Source: Takakia lepidozioides (Eukaryota > Plantae > Bryophyta). From it: a stretch of 64,000 nt of DNA. Below the pieces are notes generated by a model, which saw only the letters and a list, made by a program, of their open reading frames with translations, was not told the DNA's origin and made no database searches. Each line of letters starts with the position of its first letter. Within the stretch, counting starts at the first letter, position 1. Shown here piece by piece: positions 46,901 to 59,600 of the stretch. The position numbers and the translations under genes were made by a program. The stretch spans positions 1 to 64,000 of the forward strand of contig JAKLZA010000278.1 of assembly GCA_030704615.1 (NCBI GenBank), written 5' to 3'.

Positions 46901-49900
46901 ATAGACAAAACATCTTCTAGCAACAGATTAGAGTTGGGTATTTTTTTATGGTGCCACAAGGAGCGAAGCCATATCTAAGAGAAGTATAGAAGCACTTGAT
47001 CAAAGGACTTGGTAGTCACTCGATCATAAGGTATTTGATTCTGATATAAGGCATCGGCTACAAGGGACTAGCTAACAAAAGTAGTGTGCATTGACCGGAT
47101 CAAGTATAAGGTGTACACGTACTCCCGTAAGCTGTCTTACCAGGGCTTAGCTCATAATATCGGCATTCAGAAGTCCTTTAGATGCTCAGGTATCATCAAG
47201 GATGCCTTACTCTTCATACCCAATCAATCAACCATACTATTGCTGGAGAAGATCATATCTGGCCAAGGGGGATTCATACCCCAAGGCTTTAAGTTCATCA
47301 TTCCAGTTTGGAATGTGTTTGCTGCCTATCTGCCTGCAAGGCTCCTCAAAAAATATCGTCAGTACATCAGAATGAGAAGGTGAAACAGGAAAGGAGAAGG
47401 GTAGATGGTGTGTACAAAAACCACTAAGTACACTGATCAGATAAAGAGAGGGAAGATATACATGTCATGTCAAGACATGGACAAGACCACTAAGGTCATT
47501 GTCATTGAAAGACAAAGCAGCCCTTTACAGGGCACCATCTAACAACCACTTCCATGTTTACCATCTCATTTGAATATCCCGTTACATTTCAGGGTATCTG
47601 AAAAAACAGGGTGGGAGGGTGGGATTCTTGGTCAATCATATTGTGAAAGCACCATAGTTTGACATACAACGATCACCACCATACTTGCCGATTGTAACAT
47701 CATTTCAAAAACCAGATTGCAGGTCTGGAGATAAATCTCGAGAGCCAAGCACATAGTACTTAAATTGCAATTGAAACAGCAAGCCATACATGTCTTAAGC
47801 ATTTGCCTGTTGACATAATGATTCCTCATTTTTTGTTGACATGGGTCAAGCCTTACATAATCCAGTTCTTGAGCCATTCATCTTCCTAAAAAGGCATCCT
47901 GTGTTGGCTTGAAACCGATCTATCAGTGCCAAGACACATGCAAGATTCGTAAAGTAGAAACGGGGCTGAGTTTTTTCAGGCATATGCAGGCCTGGATTGG
48001 TATTCCGGGGCCTCATAAACAGCTCTGCCAGGGTAAAAAATAAATAACTCAGAATTCCAGGTCAATCATATCATGAAAGCACCATGGTTTAATAAAAAAA
48101 TTCCCCTATACTTGCAGATTGTACCTTCATTTCATAAACCAGATTGCAGGTCTGGAGATAACCTCCAAAACCAAGCCCTTCAAGCAACAAGTGTCGTTCT
48201 TGCTTAGTTTTATCTAAGTAAGAATATCTCTACACCTAGCAAGGTGTATCATGACCAGGTTTAGGCCATGAAAAAGTATTTAAAACTGTCATGCTAGGCT
48301 ACTTGCTGGACCATAAAGGTTACTGTTTTAGAATCCAGTTTTTGAATAAGTCGCCTTCCCAAAAAAAACAGCCAGCCTGAAGGTATCATAGCATTGCAAA
48401 TGCATGAGCAAGCATTACATGCAATGACATGGCTTATTTGAGTCTCTGTAAGGAGCTGCAGGTCTGGAATGGAATTCCAGGACTTCATGATCAAAACTCT
48501 GCCAGGGTAGAAGGTTAGAAGCACACAACACCTACTAGCAAGCATGTCTTGAAAATCAAAATTATGATGGGGCCAGGTCTGAAGGTGCTTCAGTGCCAAG
48601 TCATAGGCAAGACTTCTAACAACACAAAACACAGGGCTGAGTACCCTCAAGCAGATATGGGCCTGGAGTGGAATTCCAGGGCCTCATAAAAAGCTCTGCC
48701 AGTTAAAGAAAGGAACTCAGAAACCCCTGTCCCCTATCATGCAATGAAATCACGGTGATATGAGAGCCTTGAAGAATGTTTGTTATCAGACAAGGTCTAT
48801 CTTCTGATCCATCAAAGCCAAGGCCATGATGTTTCATTTCAGAGCCTAGTTTCCATGCAGCCAGAGTTATAGCTGCAGCCCTATACCTTTGTTGAAAACA
48901 GCCAGAGCCTTCAGTAGAGATTTTGTTTTCTATGAAGTCCCTTGTGTGTCTTAACTCCAAAACATGTAGAAGTGGTCATCAAGAACCAAAAACAAGGGTA
49001 AGGAGTAAGAAGGCGATCCTCATTAGAGCAGACTTGAAGCCGTTTTGAGGCAGCAAGGTGGCAGATTTGAAACAGCAACTGGCATCGGCAGCTTCAGGCG
49101 GTAGCAACAATCCCTTATGCAAGAATCGGACTCTACAAGCTTCAAGAATTCAAGACAAGTGAAGACCCTCACCTGTGCCCGTCCCAAAAACCACCACATA
49201 AAGATGTGTGTTAGCGAGGATGCATCAGGTGAGTGGCAGGTCTTCACAGTTGCTATCCATGTCAGTGCTGAATTCTAAAGCATGTACAGATCACAATTCA
49301 AGCAAGGGTAACCTCAAAAGACCTTGAGTGTTTGCGGTATGCCCTGCGCCATGGCGTCCAACAGATCGTCTCCAACAGAACACAATCACAGTAGAAGGGT
49401 TCACAGATAGAGAAGAGCTCGTACAAAGTGAAAGAGCCATATGTAATATGTAGATAAATAGGGGTAGAGTACTTCCCAACGAGGAGTAAAAGCGCCGCTG
49501 CAATTAAAAAGAACCATGAGGGTCTGAGCAAAGCAATCATCGCTTTGTCACCTGCCAGAGAAGAATCTGCATGACCGCCAATGCGCATCCCAAGAGCCAG
49601 CCATCACGGGTACCATGCAGCAGTTGGGGAGCAGATTTACACGGCGCATCATCAAGGATCCCTGAAGCACGAGCTCTGTGCTGTGAAAGGTGTCGACCTG
49701 CTTAGGGCACAGATCCCCGATTTCTCATCCAGGGGGGATGAAAAGTCGCATTCTAGCAGGAGATGCACTGGTCAATGGATGACATCCATTAAAAAGGTAA
49801 CTTTTAGGGTTAGGGTATAGGCTCAAGTTTAATAACTGCCATCATTTCTAATAAATGATGGTAAAATTACTCTCTCCTGGATTAAAATAGGTCACCATCG

Positions 49901-51783
49901 TTCATGGAATTCATCCCGTTTGGATGAAAAAGGAGAAAACAAATGATAAACCAAGATTTATGCACAGCAAGGGTCATCATCCTAATAATTTCATCCATAT
50001 TTGGATGAGAAAGGAGATTAGGATGAAAAACCAAAATCTGCAGAGTAAGCGTCATCATCCTTCAAAAAATTCATCCAGTTTTGGATGAAAAGGGAATTGG
50101 GATGAACAACCAAATAACCAGCATTAAAAAGGTTAAGGCCAGATGAAATCCAAAGAGTTATAGAGGGAGAGGGAGAGAGGGAGAGAGAGGGACCCACCAG
50201 CCAATCCCCTGGCATGGCAGAACCTTACGGAGTGAGTGTGGTATGCACTCACCCCGTAAGGGAGTGCATACCAAACCCCTTCTCATAAGGTTTCCCCTCT
50301 TCCATGTAGTTCTATCCTTAGATTATATTATCCAAGGGAGTAGAATCCTACATCCTCTCTTCCTCCGGTCATGAATGAAACATTGGCATAAAGTGTATCA
50401 TAGCAAGACTGGTATAGTATCACGAGAAAAGAACAGAGAGTTCAGTGGTATACTTAGCTCTGGATAGGTACAAGTTTTTAGAAAATACCTTTCAGTTTCT
50501 CAATAAGCTCTCGCACAGGGAAGAACAGGCTAGGGAAGGAACCTCGTTCAAGGAACCTTGTCAAGATATAGCAGCAGCTCAGGTCTGTAGTACCATGCCT
50601 GTGATATAGACAAAACATCTTCTAGCAACAGATTAGAGTTGGGTATTTTTTTATGGTGCCACAAGGAGCGAAGCCATATCTAAGAGAAGTATAGAAGCAC
50701 TTGATCAAAGGACTTGGTAGTCACTCGATCATAAGGTATTTGATTCTGATATAAGGCATCGGCTACAAGGGACTAGCTAACAAAAGTAGTGTGCATTGAC
50801 CGGATCAAGTATAAGGTGTACACGTACTCCCGTAAGCTGTCTTACCAGGGCTTAGCTCATAATATCGGCATTCAGAAGTCCTTTAGATGCTCAGGTATCA
50901 TCAAGGATGCCTTACTCTTCATACCCAATCAATCAACCATACTATTGCTGGAGAAGATCATATCTGGCCAAGGGGGATTCATACCCCAAGGCTTTAAGTT
51001 CATCATTCCAGTTTGGAATGTGTTTGCTGCCTATCTGCCTGCAAGGCTCCTCAAAAAATATCGTCAGTACATCAGAATGAGAAGGTGAAACAGGAAAGGA
51101 GAAGGGTAGATGGTGTGTACAAAAACCACTAAGTACACTGATCAGATAAAGAGAGGGAAGATATACATGTCATGTCAAGACATGGACAAGACCACTAAGG
51201 TCATTGTCATTGAAAGACAAAGCAGCCCTTTACAGGGCACCATCTAACAACCACTTCCATGTTTACCATCTCATTTGAATATCCCGTTACATTTCAGGGT
51301 ATCTGAAAAAACAGGGTGGGAGGGTGGGATTCTTGGTCAATCATATTGTGAAAGCACCATAGTTTGACATACAACGATCACCACCATACTTGCCGATTGT
51401 AACATCATTTCAAAAACCAGATTGCAGGTCTGGAGATAAATCTCGAGAGCCAAGCACATAGTACTTTAAATTGCAATTGAAACAGCAAGCCATACATGTC
51501 TTAAGCATTTGCCTGTTGACATAATGATTCCTCATTTTTTGTTGACATGGGTCAAGCCTTACATAATCCAGTTCTTGAGCCATTCATCTTCCTAAAAAGG
51601 CATCCTGTGTTGGCTTGAAACCGATCTATCAGTGCCAAGACACATGCAAGATTCGTAAAGTAGAAACGGGGCTGAGTTTTTTCAGGCATATGCAGGCCTG
51701 GATTGGTATTCCGGGGCCTCATAAACAGCTCTGCCAGGGTAAAAAATAAATAACTCAGAATTCCAGGTCAATCATATCATGAA
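40926..51783. repeat. Tandem array of ~3.7 kb unit, right block (about 3 units; starts with the right TSD GCTAC)
   Basis: Resumes exactly where the left block was interrupted. Anchors at 44169, 47855, 51561; periods 3686-3706 bp. Confidence 0.97.
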
Positions 51784-52205
51784 GGGGGTTGCTATTCCAT
51801 GAGCTCATGAGCGGTGAGCTCATGAGCTCATGAGCGGGCATGGCTAACCCATGAGCCGCAAAGTAACACACTTCGAATTTCGGCAGATTTTTTTCGGGCC
51901 AAAAACTATAAAATAATCAAAAATCGAAGATTTCCGCGCTCATGCTGGAAGTACTCCGCTCATGAGTACCAATGTACGCTCATGACTTGGAGCCCAGGCT
52001 CATGGACCGCCAGGCCAGGTCATAGAATAACAGAATTCTGGGCAATAACGGCACCGAAATTATCCCAGAGGCAGAGACGCAAGCGGAATTAGGATCCGGG
52101 TTTGCAGACTCCGAAAACGCAATGGCGACCTATAACCGTGGATAGTACTATTGCAGAAGTGCAGGATGGTTGGTTATAACGAGGCCGTAATTGGTTATAA
52201 CGAGG
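51784..52205. mobile_element. Unique ~420 bp segment, probable end fragment(s) of a DNA transposon
   Basis: Abrupt start GGGGGTTGCTATTCC; clustered GCTCATG(AG) motifs; duplicated TTGGTTATAACGAGG at the right end; no matching TIR or TSD found. Confidence 0.4.
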
Positions 52206-52412
52206 CTGTGACTGTGACGGGCTGTGTTGGCTGTGTGGGCTGTGACGGCTGTGTGGGCTGTGACTGCTGTGTCGGCTGTGTGGGCTATGTAACCCCCTTC
52301 TACAGTGCGCTGCTGTCACCCCTAAGGTTCCTGTTTGTCTCAGTCTGTGCAAAATTTAAGGGTACCCTACAGATCCCGTATAAGTGTCTAAGTCCCCTAC
52401 AGTCCTCTAACA
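52204..52412 (-). repeat. Truncated 3' LTR of copy C (only the first ~210 of ~1000 bp)
   Basis: Matches the LTR from TGTTAGAGG into the minisatellite, then switches to unrelated sequence. The left boundary is uncertain by ~6 bp. Confidence 0.9.
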
Positions 52413-52415
52413 TTA

Positions 52416-52429
52416 CCCCTTCCCCCCTC
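52416..52429 (-). promoter_or_regulatory. Polypurine tract of copy C
   Basis: CCCCTTCCCCCCTC on the plus strand, adjacent to the LTR. Confidence 0.9.
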
Positions 52430-52450
52430 AAAAAGCCGTGTCCTCACGGT

Positions 52451-55400
52451 TTACTGTTTCCGAGTAGCAACCCTTTGTGAGTGAGCACCTTGTTGACGTT
52501 GAGAGTTTCGTGGTGGGCTGTGTGTACGAGCCCGAGGTCTGTCTCTGGTTGATGGAGATGGTTGATCACTACCTGGATAAGTGAGGCCTTCTGGAGGTTG
52601 ATATCGAGGTAATCTTTCCGGCATAGGAGATCCCCTTTGTTTCTTCTCTTCCATCTGAATTGCATAGTCTTCTCCCATGTCAAAAGAATTTTGTGAAGAA
52701 ACAGTTGTATCAGAATCCTCATCGCCTCTCAGGTGTTTTAATTTTCGAATTTTTTGTGGAATCATCTGGGGCATACAATGCTGTCCTACCATGTCTGGAA
52801 GTTTGCATTTTACAACCTGGTGTAACCGTTGAACAGCAAAATTGGTGTAGACACTGAGCTCCTTGTCTGTCCAGATGAGTGGGGTACCAATTACTGGTGC
52901 CGCGTGCAAGTATTTCCATGCGATATGTCCCTTATAGAAAATGTCATCAAGTCCGAATTTCTGTGTTGACAAATTGTTGCAGGCTGCTTGAAACCATGAA
53001 CGAATTTGAGAATCCTTTTGTATCATAACTTTTGGGTCATATAGGTACATATGAGGTGGCACCGAAGGTAATACCCAATGATCTCCACTGGAGTAACTTT
53101 GAAAGCGTGCTTGCATCTTTTGTTGCTCTATGTGGTAACGTATCAGGAAACAAGCAGCGTAGTATAGCCCGCACCCCATGACAATACTTGCTATCTCCTT
53201 GGTCTTGGTATAAATGAGTCCATGTACAACCTGGAAAGCAACCAATTCCCTCAACATGGTACCTGCCTCGTGCCAGTATTGTGCAAAGTGATGATCTTCA
53301 ATATGTCGATTGTTTGGAAGAACTTTAGTCCTGGTTGCCACTGGCAGCCAGATACGCATGATTTGGTAGTAATGTGCGAATGACTGCGGAGGACTAAATT
53401 CTTTCCAAGCCAAATCCAACATGATGGGAATTTGGTTGAAGGGCATAATCATAGCCCTACTGTACTCCCTGGCAGCTGGAGTTTTAGGTGGGTTAAAAGC
53501 TGCATTGCCCCATACCTCCGGCTGTGGTGGCTGTGGTGTGGTTGTAGTAACCACAGGTTCAGCTACTGGTACACTGACCTGTTGTGGTGGTGGTGGTACT
53601 GGTTCCTGTACCATTGGCATCTCCTGCACCTCCTGTGAAGACTGAAAAGCCAGAGTTCTGGCTTGCAAATAAGAAGCCATTAGCTGTTCCTGAGGGATAT
53701 AGACTCTTTGGTCGATGTTTGAAGTGAGGTCTTCCACTTGAGTCTGGAGTCCGTCTACATCCTCTTGTAACTCTGCTATCCTACTATAGACATTGTCTAT
53801 AGTAGTTGTGGCAATGTTCTGCACCTGCAGTCTGAGCTCATTCATCTCGCTTTGGGTGAGCTTCCGTGGGCTTTTGCCCTCTACTGGCCCTTGTGCTAAC
53901 CAGACCTGCATAAGGCTGTTATCCACCAAGCTGCTTGTGGTTCCCCTGAGAGTTTGCTCCTCTCTTAGCTTATACAATTCCAACTGCTGTTGTAAAGCCT
54001 TCATGCGCTTCGCCTGTGGCTCAACCAATTGCGCATAGGCAGCAAGTAGATTATTGGCTTCTTTCGAAGCCTTGTTACTGACCGCGATTTCATTTCTATT
54101 GGCCACGATGGTTTGTTGCAACTCCACGATGTATTTCTCATTCTCAGCTTCCATCTGCCTGTATTGCTTGAAAGTATCTTCATTGCGACAGATTGTATTC
54201 TTCATATCGACAATGAGCTTCATGTGCTCCACATTCTCTTCTTCTGCCTTCGTACATTTTTCCGCTTGACTGTTTATTTCTTTTGTTGATTGGTCAAGCA
54301 TAGTTGTAAATGTAGCGCATTGTATCTCCATCCTGTTATGCACTGTCTGCAACTCCGTATGTAGTGCATTCAGTTCTTGCAACTTGCTTTCATGCTGCAC
54401 CTGCATTTGGTATAGCTGTTGCTTATGTGCTTCGTGCAACTGGTCTTGCGCGAGGCCTGCCTCAATCAATTGTTGCTTGGCCAATTGCAAAGCCATTTCT
54501 GTATTGGCCAAGTCCTGCTTCATCTTGAGAGTGACCTCTTCATCGACCTTGTTTGAACACTCAGTGGCAAGTCGAGCCTCAAACTCCTTCCTGAGTTCTT
54601 CTTTCAAGGCTGTCAATTGGGTAATTGGAACATGGGTTTTGACATAAGTCCCCAACAAATTAAGTGTCCTGCCTATGGAATTCATCAGCATTGCCTGTTG
54701 AGGGTCATCATGGTGAGGTTGCTGCTGTTCCTCCCGATCTTCAACAGTATGATGTCTCACTAACCATTCAGACCATTGTCCCACCGGATTTTCTTCCTGA
54801 ACTACTTCATTTATGACCGGTGCTACAGTGTCATGGCCTTCCGCCTGTGGTACCTCCGACACAGGTGTGTGCATTATATGTACCTCAGGATTTTTCTTGG
54901 GCAACTGTTGCACCTCTGGGATTTCTGTCTGCTTGACCAGACCAGAATATTCATAGAGAAGGTCCCCTTTCTCTATTTCCGCCACTATCTGTTCTGTAGT
55001 TGGAATATCTATCCCTTCACTTTCCAAATCTATTATTTCGGGTTGAGCTGCATGGATAACTTGTGACCTTGTGACAAGTCGTTCAAGTGGCTGTGTTGGT
55101 TGTGATGCAGAAGTAACTTCTTCCTCCCTCTCTGAAGGTCCTGCTTCCAGTAATAACATTCTTTTGTGCTGCTGTGCCCCTCCCTGGTCATGAGCTTGGG
55201 AAACATTATCATGCGGAATCCGTGAAGCCAGTGGATCCGCCACTACAGTCTTTCCCCTTCTCTGCCTCTTAGTCTCGGGTTGTGCTGCTAGTCCACCCTC
55301 ACTGTGTGAAGAGCCTTGCTCTTCCATTGCAGTTGTTTCTGGCTCAAACACTCCCATTTCCTTCCTTTCTTGTGCATTAAGTATGCCAGAACTAAGGATT

Positions 55401-56556
55401 ATTTGAGCAATGATTGGGCCAGACACTATGATAGGAGATTTTGCGGTAGTACCTTGTAATCTTTTCATCTCCTCTACCAGTGCGTTGTACATTATGTCCG
55501 CCCATGGTACCTCTTGTCCCTTCAAGCCTTTGAGGATTTCCTCTGTGAAGGATCTGCTCAAATATTGTTGGTTCTGTTTCAGGGCAATCAGAACGTTCAA
55601 TACTTGGCCTATGTCTTTTAACCCTGGGTACACAGCTTTGGTACAAGCATAACCCTGAGTTTTAAAGAAACTCCCTTCTTGGAATAAATCCCCTATTTGC
55701 AGTCTTTCCTGTGTTCCTCCACATACACATGACCTGCTGGCAATCGAAACAATTGCTGGAGGTATAGGGGAGTAATCATTAATTCAACTCCCTTCACCGT
55801 TGTTGTTCCTGTCTTTGGCTCAAAGTTCTGCAAAAATTGTAACATGTACTGTCTATGGTGTAGTGTCCAATCCATGCTTTGCAATCCTTCCAATCTCAGC
55901 TCCTTCAGTATCTTTATCGCCTGTGGGGTAGCCATCGTTTGTTTCTGCAGAATTGTGGTGCTCTTCACCCTGATTTCCTCCATTCCTCTCACTCTCTTCA
56001 TCTTAGACTCACAGAACTGCTTTGGCTGTAACAACTGCAGGAATGCCTGTAGTGCACAAAGCAGAAACGTATGGTTGCCGCAGAAAGCTATGGGTAATCT
56101 CTTGTAAGCCTGCGGGGCTTGCAAGCATTGTTCAAGAGAAAAGCTCTGCTCTTTCGTTTCGTGTCTCTGCCATTGCGTAAGTAATATTGCGAGCGTATAG
56201 TCTGTTAGTTCCTCCATAGTTTCCAAGTTATAGCATTTATGGCCTGTCCTGTCGAGACGCCCGTTACTCAGAACGACGCCGCCTCTTGCGCTTAATTTCC
56301 CTCCATTTTCTTGATCATTTCTCTGGTTTTCTATTGGCTGTATCCGCTGTGACTGGATTTTAACTTTTATCTTCTTTAGTGGACTTTCCCTGTTGGATAG
56401 TCCACTAGGATCACACATGCGACATGAATTCAGTTTTTCTGTACTTGCCGTTCGTTCTGTTTCCCTTTTTCCGTATTCATTAATGGGCCCGCCTTTCATC
56501 CCTTTTGACGGCCGTTCTTGTCCTCTTTCTTTTTGACACCTGTCCTTGCACTTCAT
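52451..56556 (-). CDS. Linker + extra 3' protein of copy C (one 1-bp indel at ~55709)
   Basis: ORFs 55693-56556 and 52451-55633 are near-identical to the 35002-39869 product. Confidence 0.85.
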
Positions 56557-56624
56557 TCTCTGCTGTGTGTCGCACCCTGACCTCCACGTGTCTATTTTTA
56601 AATTAATTTCCGTTTCTTCTTCCT

Positions 56625-59600
56625 TCAGCCATTTTCCTGAAGTTTTATGTGTCCACTTGTCACTGATTCTATGGATCGTGTAACTTTAGTAGGCTGTGTT
56701 GAGCTGTGACAGGCTGTGTCATACTGTGTTACGCTGTGATAGGCTGTGTTGCACTGTGGTAAGCTGTGATAGGCTGTGACACGCTGCGGTAGGTTGTGAT
56801 AGGCTGTGTCACGTCGTGACGGGCTGTGATAGGCTGTGTCACGCCGTGCCGGACTGTGATAGGCTGTGTTGCGCCTTGCTGGGCTGTGATAGGCTGTGTC
56901 ACGCCGTGCTGGGCTGTGATAGGCTGTGTCACGCCGTGCTGGGCTGTGATAGGCTGTGTTGCGCCTTGCTGGGCTGTGATAGGCTGTGTCACGCCGTGCT
57001 GGGCTGTGATAGGCTGTGTTGCGCCTTGCTGGGCTGTGATAGGCTGTGTCATGCCGTGATGGGCTGTGATAGGCTGTGTCACGCCGTGATGGGCTGTGAT
57101 AGGCTGTGTCACGCCGTGATGGGCTGTGATAGGCTGTGTCACGTTTGTTTTGCCCACCCCGGTCATATATACTGGGCCTAGCGACAAGTGTTCCATACTC
57201 TGTTCGTAACACTGGTGCAGCCCGTGACTGCTCTTGCGGTTCAACATGCAAATCATGCTGCAGGGGTTTGTCATGGATACCACTGTACCCCTTCAACTTA
57301 TTTGCATTGACTCTTCCCAGCATTTCTTTGTTAATGGTTTGTAACATGGCTGTGTTGTTATCATACATCTTTTGTATGACATAAGGTCCTTTCCATGGTG
57401 ATTTAAGCTTAGAAGCTTGAATCTTTCCTTTCTTCTGCAACCATAGAACCAAATCCCCCGTCTTAAAAGTCTTTAATTTGCCTTCATCAAACTGTTCCTT
57501 TCGCTTCATCTGAATTCTGGTCATATTATCAGCTGCATCAGCACGTACTTCTTCCACATGGTATAATTCATGTTTCCTGACCTTGATGGAGTCTTGCAAT
57601 TCCATTCTTTTTCCCCACTCCGTTCTCATGGTAGGTAACAGGAATTCCACTGGAAGTAAGGCTTCCATACCATAAACTAATTGGAATGGTGTATACTTTG
57701 TGGTGACTTTATACGAAGTCCTGTATGACCATAAAGCTGTCAGCAGCTTTGTATCCCAATCCGTTCTGTTTGCATTGACTATCTTAGCCAAGATAGTACA
57801 TAGTATTTTGTTGGTAGCCTCTGCCTGTCCATTACCCTGTGGGTAATATGTTGTACTCTTTCTATGCACAATCATAAACTCTTTAGTCAATAACTCAATG
57901 GTCTCATTCATGAAGTGACTTCCTTGATCACTGATAAATTCTAAGGGACATCCAAATCGTGTAAGTATGTTCTCGTACAGGAACCTTGCTGTGGACTTGG
58001 CTGTGTTGTCCCTCAAAGCTTTAGCTTCCACCCACTTTGTAGTATAATCAGTGGCTGTAATTATGTACCTGTTTTGTGTATTCTTGGATGGTGGATTAAT
58101 TGGTCCAACAAAGTCTAGTCCCCATTTCTGAAATGGTTCCGTAGGCATTGTAGGATGCAAGGCCATTCTTCCAGATCTCTGCAAAGGTCCTAGCCTCTGA
58201 CATTCATCACACTTCTGACAATACTCATGTACATCTTTGAACAAAGTAGGCCACCAGTATCCTGCGAGTAGTATCTTTCTACTGGTAGTCTCTTCTCCAA
58301 AATGACCTCCAGCCACTCCTTTATGAACTTCCTCCAAGACTTTATTTACTTCATGGTGGTACAAGCATCGTTTTAGTACTCCATCAGGTCCTAACTTATA
58401 CATTCTGCTTCCTACCATAGTATAAGGTAAAGCTCTGATAGCAATTCTCTTCCTCTGCTCCTTACCATAACTAGGTGGGCACTGACCATGAGCAAGGTAG
58501 TATCTGATTGGCCACTGCCAATCTAACCATTCATCTGCACTTCCTTGCACCTCCATTACAAATAAACTCGCATCAGGTAACTGATCGTCCACTCCTGTGG
58601 CGGCCTCTCCTGTTGTTAGTCGTGACAAATGATCTGCCACAAGATGCAAACGGCCAGGCTTGTAAATAACCTCGAACTCAAACTCATGCAAGATTATTAA
58701 CCACCTCGCTATCCTTCCACTTATCAAAGGTTTGTTCACCAGATATATCAGAGCCTGGTGATCCACATAAAACATAAACTTTCTTCCCAATAGGTAATGC
58801 CTGAATTTCTTCACTGCATAGATCATTGCCAATGCTTCTCTTTCCGTTGTGCTATAGTTCCTCTCAGCACTGTTCATCAACCGGCTAGCATAGTACACAG
58901 GTGAATCTATATTCCCTGTAACATTCTGGGCTAACACCGCTCCCAACGCTTCTCCTGATGCATCGCAGTGAACATGAAATACTACATGCCAGTGAGGGTT
59001 AATCAGCACAGGTGTAGTTGTTACTGACAGTGTAAGTTCCTCAAACGCCTGTTGACATTCAGCTGTCCATGCAAACACTGCATCTTTCTTCAGAAGCTTG
59101 CTCAATGGTGCTGCTATTTGTGCATACCTTTTGACAAATCTTCTGTAATAACTGGTTTGCCCAAGGAATCTCCTTAAACTCTTAACATTCACTGGTGGTG
59201 GAGAGACTTTAATGGACTCTGTCTTCCTGGGATCCACAAGGAGTCCCTTCTTACACACAATGTGTCCCAGAAGCACCCCTGAGTTCACACAGAAAGTACA
59301 CTTCTCTGGGTTCAAGCCCAGACCTCTCATCCTGCATCTGGCCAGGCATAACTCCAATTTATGCAAGTGCTCATTCTTAGAGCTGTACACACTGAAATCA
59401 TCCAAAAACACCTGCATGAAATCATCCAGATACTCTTGAAAAGATTCACTTATCACTCTCTGAAAGGTCGCTGGTGCATTACAAAGTCCAAAGGGCATGA
59501 CTTTGTATGCATAAGCCCCCCAGTCTGTGATGAAAGCTGTTTTCCCTTGGTCTTCTTCTGCCACTTGCACTTGATTATAACCACTGAAGCCATCCATGAA

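Noticed and set aside
51938-52025. CRISPR-like repeat-spacer array
   Set aside because: 7-bp repeats with 13-bp spacers are far too short; eukaryotic context and no cas genes
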